From Myxococcales bacterium (GTDB taxonomy: Bacteria > Myxococcota_A > Polyangia > Polyangiales > DASUME01), in assembly GCA_047601445.1 (NCBI GenBank), contig JASGJH010000001.1:4416001-4480000 (forward strand): a stretch of 64,000 nt of DNA. The letters are read 5' to 3'. Positions 58,186-64,000 of this stretch are shown here, in pieces; within the stretch, counting starts at the first letter, position 1, and each line of letters opens with the position of its first letter. The position numbers were made by a program, and so were the translations under genes. The notes beneath the pieces are model-generated. The model had not been told where the DNA came from and did no database searches. It saw nothing but the letters and a program-made list of their open reading frames with translations.

Positions 58186-59172
58186 TCAGGGGCGCGGCGC
58201 CTCGTGCCCCGTGAACACCGTGACTTCGGGATGCTGGGCGGCGAAGGCGCGCAGGCGTTCGAGCGTGGCTTGGCCGACCGCGTCTTCGGCGCCGCTCGTA
58301 CCCGACGGACCGACGTCGTGTTCGAAGGCCCAGCGGAAGTGCGTGGCGTCACCGGTGAGCAGCACCGGGCCGGTCTTGGCGTTCACCAGGAACGACACGT
58401 GCCCGCGCGTATGCCCGGGCGTCGAGATGGCCCATACGCTGCCGTCGCCGAACAGGTCGATCGCGCGGCCGAGCGGCAGAAGCTCGGGCGCCGTCCGGAA
58501 GTCTAGCTCCCAGAGGGTTGTGGCGCGTTCGAGGTGTCCATAGCCGAAAAACTGGACCGGATCGTCGGCTTCTCGGGCGCCGGTCACAATCTCCGTCGCT
58601 GGGTCGAGCGCGGGCAGCCCGGCGGTGTGGTCCATGTGCAGGTGCGTGAGGAACAGCGTGCGCGGGCGCGCGCCGAGACGGGCGAGCTGAGCCGCCACGT
58701 CGTCGCCCGGCGCCTGCGTGTAGGGCGCGTCATAGAGCAGCGCCAGCACGGTGCGCGTCGGCCACTGGATGTTGCCGTAGCGGCGCGTGGCGAAGCTCTC
58801 GTCGAGCCCACTGTCGATGAGGATATCTCCGCCTGTCGGGTGTCGCACCAAGTGCGCGAAGACGCGCAGCGGCGTCGGCTCCTCGACGTAGCTGGCAGTG
58901 AGCGGGTGGTCCTGCGCCAACATCTTCTTGCGCGCGACGTGCACCGCACCGGTGTCGAGTGAATACAGCTCGACGACAGGCGCGCGCGCCAGGACCGCGC
59001 TCCACGAGCCGGCCGAGGGTGGCGGCGCGGCCCAGACCTGGCGCGGTAGGCGACGCGCGCTGCCTCGGGTGAGCGCCAGCCCGGTGGCGCCGACAAGGAG
59101 CAGGACGGCGACGCCCCACAGAAGGGCGCGGCGGCGACGCGGGCTACGTACGAGGGGATGAGCGTTCTCCAT
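58186..59172 (-). CDS. MBL-fold hydrolase (AHL-lactonase-like) with an N-terminal membrane anchor
   Basis: LIDSG, THLHMDH, DLFGDGS, TPGHTRGH, LTGDA, GHE. Confidence 0.88.
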   Translation of the reverse strand: MENAHPLVRSPRRRRALLWGVAVLLLVGATGLALTRGSARRLPRQVWAAPPPSAGSWSAVLARAPVVELYSLDTGAVHVARKKMLAQDHPLTASYVEEPTPLRVFAHLVRHPTGGDILIDSGLDESFATRRYGNIQWPTRTVLALLYDAPYTQAPGDDVAAQLARLGARPRTLFLTHLHMDHTAGLPALDPATEIVTGAREADDPVQFFGYGHLERATTLWELDFRTAPELLPLGRAIDLFGDGSVWAISTPGHTRGHVSFLVNAKTGPVLLTGDATHFRWAFEHDVGPSGTSGAEDAVGQATLERLRAFAAQHPEVTVFTGHEAPRP

Positions 59173-59198
59173 CCCTTCACGGTAGGGCCTTCGAACCT

Positions 59199-59213
59199 AT
59201 GCATCCAGCGCAT
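59199..59213. promoter_or_regulatory. LysR box (T-N11-A)
   Basis: ATGC-N7-GCAT between the divergent MBL and LysR genes. Confidence 0.55.
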
Positions 59214-59231
59214 GGGTGGTATCCTCACCAT

Positions 59232-60137
59232 ATGCAGAATGATATGCGTATCCTTGCTGGGGTCGAGCTGTCGCTGCTGCTGGCGCTGCGCGAGATGCTC
59301 GCCACGCAGAGCGTGACGGTGGCCGCGCGCCGGCTCGACACGACCCAGCCCAACCTGAGCCGCCTGCTCGCGCGTGCGCGGGTGCTCTTCGCCGATCCAC
59401 TGCTGGTGCCGGTAGGGCGGCGCATGGAGCGCACTCCCCGCGCCCGCGAGCTTCAGCCGCGGCTCGAGCAGGCGCTCGATTCGATGCGTAGGCTGCTCTC
59501 ACCGGCGCCGCTGCCAGGCGACGAGCCGCGCGTGGTGCACGTGGCTGCCTCGGACTATGCACTCAAGGTGGTGCTCGAGCCGTGGCTCCAGCGGCTGCGC
59601 AGGGAGGCGCCCGGCGTGGTGGTGCGTGTGCAGCCAGTCGGCGCCGACTCGATCGACCCGCTGGCCCGCGGCGAGATCGACCTCGCGATCGCGCCGCGCC
59701 TGCCGCTCGAAGGCATCGAGCAGTTCGTGCTGCGCAAGGTGCTCGACGACCGGCTGGTGTGCGTCGTGCGCAGGAAGCACCCGCGCGTGCGTGGAGAGCT
59801 GACGCTCAGCGGTTACCTGGACCTTGCGCACGTAATGGTCTCGAGCGGGCGCCCCACCCCATCGAACGTGCAGGTGGCGCTGCACCGCCTGGGCAAGACG
59901 CGCCAGGTGGCGCTCACCGTGCCCAGCTTCCTCGCCGCATTGGCGCTGGTGCAGGCGAGCGATCTGGCGGCGGCGTTGCCCGAGCGCTTGGTGCGCGCGA
60001 TGGGCGCACCGGTCACCTGCTACCCGCTACCCTTCCGGATCGATCCGATCTCGCTGCACCTGGCCTGGCACCCGCGGCGCAGCACCGATCCATCGCATCG
60101 CTGGTTGCGCGATGGAATCCTGGCTGCGCAGTCGTGA
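59232..60137 (+). CDS. LysR family regulator (NodD/LeuO-like)
   Basis: SVTVAARRL..TQPNLSRLLARAR..FADPLLV; WHPRR.TDPSHRWLR. Confidence 0.93.
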   Translation: MQNDMRILAGVELSLLLALREMLATQSVTVAARRLDTTQPNLSRLLARARVLFADPLLVPVGRRMERTPRARELQPRLEQALDSMRRLLSPAPLPGDEPRVVHVAASDYALKVVLEPWLQRLRREAPGVVVRVQPVGADSIDPLARGEIDLAIAPRLPLEGIEQFVLRKVLDDRLVCVVRRKHPRVRGELTLSGYLDLAHVMVSSGRPTPSNVQVALHRLGKTRQVALTVPSFLAALALVQASDLAAALPERLVRAMGAPVTCYPLPFRIDPISLHLAWHPRRSTDPSHRWLRDGILAAQS

Positions 60138-60177
60138 TCCAGCCCGGGTGCGAACTGAACTCCGCCCTACCCACAGG

Positions 60178-60669
60178 TCACTCCCGGCCCGCGACGCCGC
60201 GACCTGGAACGCGTTGCTCGGCGGAGCGACGAGAGATCACGACCACGAACCGGTTTCCCGATCCGACGTGCTCGTAGTGGAGCTCGTCACTCAGCCGCGC
60301 GATGGCGCCCAGACCCGCTGCGATGCCGCCTCTACGCCAGAAGTGGGCCGGATCGATGGGACCTCCGGCATCCGAGCCGTCTTTCAGCGCCGCAGCCAGA
60401 TTGGTGATTTTGGGGCCGCGATCGGTGGCCTCGAGGCGCAGCGCCGGCCCCCACTTGATGTCGTCTAGGCAACTCAGCTCGACGTTGCCCTCCACGCCGT
60501 GCTTCAGGATGTTGGTCGCCAGCTCCGTGGCCACAATCTCGAGGCTCTGGCGCGCTTTCGAACTGAAGCCCTGAGAATCGGCGAGCCCTCTCAGAATTCG
60601 CCGGAGCTCGAAGATGTCGAGGGGGTTACGGACCGGGACCCGGATCGGGGCGTTGACAGCGTGCTGCAC
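60178..60669 (-). CDS. RsbT-like anti-sigma/Ser kinase
   Basis: IVATELATNILKHG, DRGP, AGLGAIARLSD. Confidence 0.8.
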   Translation of the reverse strand: MQHAVNAPIRVPVRNPLDIFELRRILRGLADSQGFSSKARQSLEIVATELATNILKHGVEGNVELSCLDDIKWGPALRLEATDRGPKITNLAAALKDGSDAGGPIDPAHFWRRGGIAAGLGAIARLSDELHYEHVGSGNRFVVVISRRSAEQRVPGRGVAGRE

Positions 60670-60858
60670 AGCGTTTCTCTCGCGTCACACGAAGGACACA
60701 GCCTCTATCGTCGCGCATTTTGCGCAGATTGTGCACGCGCAATGGCAACGCCGCTGGAACGCGGTCGCCTTCGGGGGGCCCTCAGGGGGAGAAAAAACTC
60801 GCTCTCCACACCCCCATTCCGTCCCCCGTACGATTTTCTAGAGAGGGCCAGATCACCG

Positions 60859-61437
60859 ATGAGCAGCGAGAAGTTGAATCGTGGAAATCACATCATCCCG
60901 CTCCGCGACTACATGAACGCCAAGTTCGACGAAGGCACACGGCGACGCATGTACGAGGGGTTGTCGCCGGACACGCAAGAGATGCTCAAGAAGGTCGCGC
61001 ACGAGGACTGGTATCCCACGCGCATGGTCTCGGAGATGCACTCCGCCATCTTCAATGCCCGCGGCAACCCACAGCAGGGCTACGAGGACATGATCGCCGG
61101 AGGGGCAGCGGTCGCCGAATACTCGGTCAACACCTTCATGCGCCTTCTAATCAAGCTCATGACCCCCGAGATGCTGGCCAAGAAGTGGCCCGCCATCTGG
61201 CTGAAGAGCCACAACTTCGGCGCCATGGAGACGGAGCTCGACCCGAACGATCCGCGCAAACTCAAGCTGATGCTGAGCGACGTGGAAGACTATCACTACA
61301 TCGGACCGACGGTGATGGGCTTTCTCTCCTTCTCTCTCAAGGCGATGGGGAAGGACACCGCCAAGGTCGACGAGCTGGATAATCCCGACAAAACCCGAAA
61401 AAACAGCCGTCGGTACGATTTCATCATCACTTGGTGA
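60859..61437 (+). CDS. myxobacterial hypothetical protein (DUF2378-like)
   Basis: GAGAGG RBS; LSPDTQ...DWYP...G..VA..SVNTFMRLLIKL.TP pattern. Confidence 0.65.
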   Translation: MSSEKLNRGNHIIPLRDYMNAKFDEGTRRRMYEGLSPDTQEMLKKVAHEDWYPTRMVSEMHSAIFNARGNPQQGYEDMIAGGAAVAEYSVNTFMRLLIKLMTPEMLAKKWPAIWLKSHNFGAMETELDPNDPRKLKLMLSDVEDYHYIGPTVMGFLSFSLKAMGKDTAKVDELDNPDKTRKNSRRYDFIITW

Positions 61438-61458
61438 CGGGAAGTTGGTCGCCTCATC

Positions 61459-62136
61459 ATGGATGCTCCCGGTCGTTCGTCTTCGGGATCCAAGCCCCCT
61501 GGCTTGGGTGACGTGATCCTCAATATCCTGAGCGGGTATGTTTCGAGTATCAACGCCCGGTCCTTGTTGGCGCGCTCGGTAGCGAGCGTCGGCGGCAGCA
61601 GCAGGGACGAGGTCGACGAGAGGAACCTCGCCGCCGTCCTGCAGCGCCTCCAAATCAGCGCGGCGCTGTTCGTACCCGAGGAGCAGCGCGGCGAGCTCCA
61701 GCAGAAGTTCGACCGGCTCAAGCAGGAGCAGAAGTCCAGGGCGCCGCAGGTAGCGGGCGAGGTCGTGCAGATCTCGCAGGAGAGTGACATCGTGTTGGCG
61801 CGCACGCGCGCCAGGCTCTTGTGTGAGCAGCTGGGATCGGGGACCGTGAGCACCCACAAGGTTGCGACCGTGGTGAGCGAGCTGGCACGCAATATCGTCT
61901 CCTACACGCCGGGCGGAAGCATCGAGTTCGCGGCGAGCGCGGGGGCCGGCATGCTGACGATCCAGGCGGTCGATCGCGGCTCGGGGATCAAAAACCTCAA
62001 CGAGATTTTCGAGGGCCAGTATCGCAGCAAGACGGGTCTCGGCATGGGCCTGGTGGGCACGCGGCGGCTGGCGGACTCCTTTCACATCGACACGGGTCCA
62101 AGCGGGACGACGGTGACCGTCAGGATGCGCGTATGA
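61459..62136 (+). CDS. rsbT: RsbT-like kinase with an N-terminal helical extension
   Basis: ESDIVLAR..AR, VATVVSELARNIVSY, DRGSGI, GLGMGL.GTRRLAD.F. Confidence 0.85.
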   Translation: MDAPGRSSSGSKPPGLGDVILNILSGYVSSINARSLLARSVASVGGSSRDEVDERNLAAVLQRLQISAALFVPEEQRGELQQKFDRLKQEQKSRAPQVAGEVVQISQESDIVLARTRARLLCEQLGSGTVSTHKVATVVSELARNIVSYTPGGSIEFAASAGAGMLTIQAVDRGSGIKNLNEIFEGQYRSKTGLGMGLVGTRRLADSFHIDTGPSGTTVTVRMRV

Positions 62137-62717
62137 GCCTCCAAATCGTGGTCTCGTCCGCGCCCATGCCCGGCGAGACGCTGAACGGTGACGCGGTCGT
62201 GGTGCGCGAGAGCGACGAGCTCACGCTGCTTGCGGTGGTCGACGCGCTGGGCCACGGGGAAAAAGCCCACGAAGTGGCCGCGCTGGCCGTGAAGGCCTTG
62301 CAGCAGGCTCCGCTGCACGAGGGCATCGAGCGCATCATGCACGGGTTGGACGCAGCCTTGCGCGGCACGCGCGGGGCTGCGGCGACAGTGTGTCTGCTCC
62401 AGGGGGGCGAACTCTCCGGGTGCGGCGTGGGCAACGTGGAGATGCGCGTGCGGGGCGCGCACGTGCCGTTCACGTTGAGCCCTGGCGTGCTCGGCCGTCA
62501 GGTGCGCAACTACCGCTTTTTTCGCGGGACGTTCAGCGGCAACGCGCGGCTGGTGATGTTCAGCGACGGCCTAGCCGGTCGCTTTGCGCTCACGGATTTC
62601 GATCGTTTCTCAGCGCGGGCCGCCTGCGATGCGCTGATCGAGAAATTTTCGCGCGGGAGTGATGACGTGACGGTGTTGGTCGCGGATGCTGGAGGAACGG
62701 GTGAGTCAAGACGCTAA
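62133..62717 (+). CDS. rsbX: RsbX-like PP2C/SpoIIE phosphatase
   Basis: GETLNGD, VVDALGHG, TRGAA, GVGNV, FSDGL, DDVTVL. Confidence 0.85.
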   Translation: MSLQIVVSSAPMPGETLNGDAVVVRESDELTLLAVVDALGHGEKAHEVAALAVKALQQAPLHEGIERIMHGLDAALRGTRGAAATVCLLQGGELSGCGVGNVEMRVRGAHVPFTLSPGVLGRQVRNYRFFRGTFSGNARLVMFSDGLAGRFALTDFDRFSARAACDALIEKFSRGSDDVTVLVADAGGTGESRR

Positions 62718-63174
62718 TCGCATTCCAACCATTCGGCTGTGGGGCCTCTTGTTGGTGCCGCTCCAGGGTGACATCGACGATAGGCAGGGGGAGCTCTTGT
62801 GTACCGACGTGCTCAGCGCCATCGAGCGCTTCAACACCCAAGGTCTGATCATCGACGTGACGGGGCTGTGGCTCATGGACAGCCATTTGTGCTCCGTGCT
62901 CTCCACCCTGGCCTCGGCCGCAGCGCTGATGGGAACGCGCACCGTTCTGTGCAGCTTGAGCCCCGAGATCGCGATCACGCTGCAGACCATGGGGCTGGAG
63001 ATGCCCGACGTGGCCACGGTGCCCTCGCTCGAGGACGCACTGACCATGCTCGGCATCGGACCGCACTACGCCGAGCGCGCCGACGCTGCCGACTTCGACG
63101 AGGGCGAGCCCAACGATGACGCCTACCAAGATGCAGAGGACGAGGAATTTTGGAGCAGCCAAGGAGACCACTGA
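62701..63174 (+). CDS. rsbS: RsbS-like STAS protein with an acidic tail
   Basis: IPTIRL...LQGDIDD, IIDVTG..MDS, LMG, PEIAITL..MG. Confidence 0.85.
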   Translation: MSQDANRIPTIRLWGLLLVPLQGDIDDRQGELLCTDVLSAIERFNTQGLIIDVTGLWLMDSHLCSVLSTLASAAALMGTRTVLCSLSPEIAITLQTMGLEMPDVATVPSLEDALTMLGIGPHYAERADAADFDEGEPNDDAYQDAEDEEFWSSQGDH

Positions 63175-63177
63175 GTC

Positions 63178-63873
63178 ATGAATGACAAGGACCAATTGGA
63201 GATAGACATTCTGGACAGGCTGGCCGACGTCTTGATGGTGCTGTCCGAAGTCACCTCCAGCGACTACTCGAGTCGTCTCAAATCCGACCTGTCCGACGAT
63301 CATCCGATCAGCGCGCTCTACAAGGGGATCAATGAGACCGTCGAGTCCCTCGCGGCCACCCACGCCCGGATGACAGCCTATCAGGCCGAGCTCGAAGAGA
63401 AGCTGCTCACCATCGAGCGCCAGCGCGCTGCGATCCACGAGCTCTCCACACCCGTGATTGAGATCTGGGAGGGCGTGGTCTGCCTGCCCGTGGTGGGCGT
63501 CATGGACACGGCGCGAAGCGCGGACATGACCGAGGCGGTGCTCAAGGCAGTGGTCGAAAAGAGCGCCCGGTGCGCCATCATCGACATCACGGGCATCGAG
63601 ATCATGGACACGGGCACGGCGGACCACTTCATCCGCATGGCCAAGGCCATCCGCTTGTTGGGCGCGCGCTGCGTGCTCACCGGGATTAGCCCCACGATCG
63701 CCCAAACCATCGTCCACATGGGAGTGCAGCTGGACGGTGTGACCACGCGGCGCTGCCTGCGCGATGCGCTGCAAGACTTCGTCACAAGCAGCGGGCGCAA
63801 GGACGACGGTGGCCGCGCGCGCGAGCGCTCCAAGGCGGACGTGGCCGCGCCGGCCAAACGCGTTCCGCGCTGA
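63178..63873 (+). CDS. rsbR: RsbR-like STAS protein with a short HAMP-like N-terminus
   Basis: ELSTPVIEIWEG...LPVVGVMDTARS, IIDITG, LLGA...TGISP.IAQTIV. Confidence 0.88.
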   Translation: MNDKDQLEIDILDRLADVLMVLSEVTSSDYSSRLKSDLSDDHPISALYKGINETVESLAATHARMTAYQAELEEKLLTIERQRAAIHELSTPVIEIWEGVVCLPVVGVMDTARSADMTEAVLKAVVEKSARCAIIDITGIEIMDTGTADHFIRMAKAIRLLGARCVLTGISPTIAQTIVHMGVQLDGVTTRRCLRDALQDFVTSSGRKDDGGRARERSKADVAAPAKRVPR

Positions 63874-64000
63874 GCTACGGCCGCGCGCCGCGGCGGATCA
63901 CCTGGCAGCGTAGCTGCGCGCGCCTCGCGCTGCGTAAAGTGGCCTGTGCGACGACCATACTGGCAGGCAAAGCTCGTCGCTATCCTCGGCCTGCAGCTCC

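Noticed and set aside
60712..60760. gcattttgcgcagattgtgcac and TGGCAACG as a third enhancer/sigma54 site
   Set aside because: The match to the GCAC-N4-GTGC double motif is poor and the GG-N10-GC spacing is not met.

Overview
GC-rich bacterial DNA. The gene repertoire (many Cys-rich lipoproteins with DAG-rich linkers, a MYXO-CTERM-like tail, a CglB-like vWA domain) points to a myxobacterium (Myxococcota, probably Polyangia); this is inferred from gene content. The window is accessory DNA, and I found no rRNA, tRNA, CRISPR array or intact transposase. The first ~16 kb holds a cluster of probable conflict genes: a membrane-tethered ECF-like sigma factor that runs off the window edge and is missing from the ORF track; an HTH/EamA/PRTase-CE-like trio; a tightly coupled alpha/beta-hydrolase + caspase + unknown operon; and a cytoplasmic subtilase next to an S1/P1 nuclease whose Zn-binding N-terminus is blocked by a 60-aa extension. 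The last two look like protease-activated zymogen systems and are the best candidates for an undescribed system. The middle encodes secreted proteins (sulfatase, M4 protease, ricin-lectin fusion, a giant PLC/P1-like-VWD-vWA protein, an M15 peptidase, trypsin, a SUEL-lectin metalloprotease). Three of these share an upstream palindrome and sigma54-type promoters. Many gene remnants lie between them, along with a membrane protein + KAP-like NTPase pair. The right end has an ECF-STAS-like fusion, an MBL hydrolase/LysR pair and a rearranged stressosome cluster. All calls come from motif reading by eye, with no database searches.
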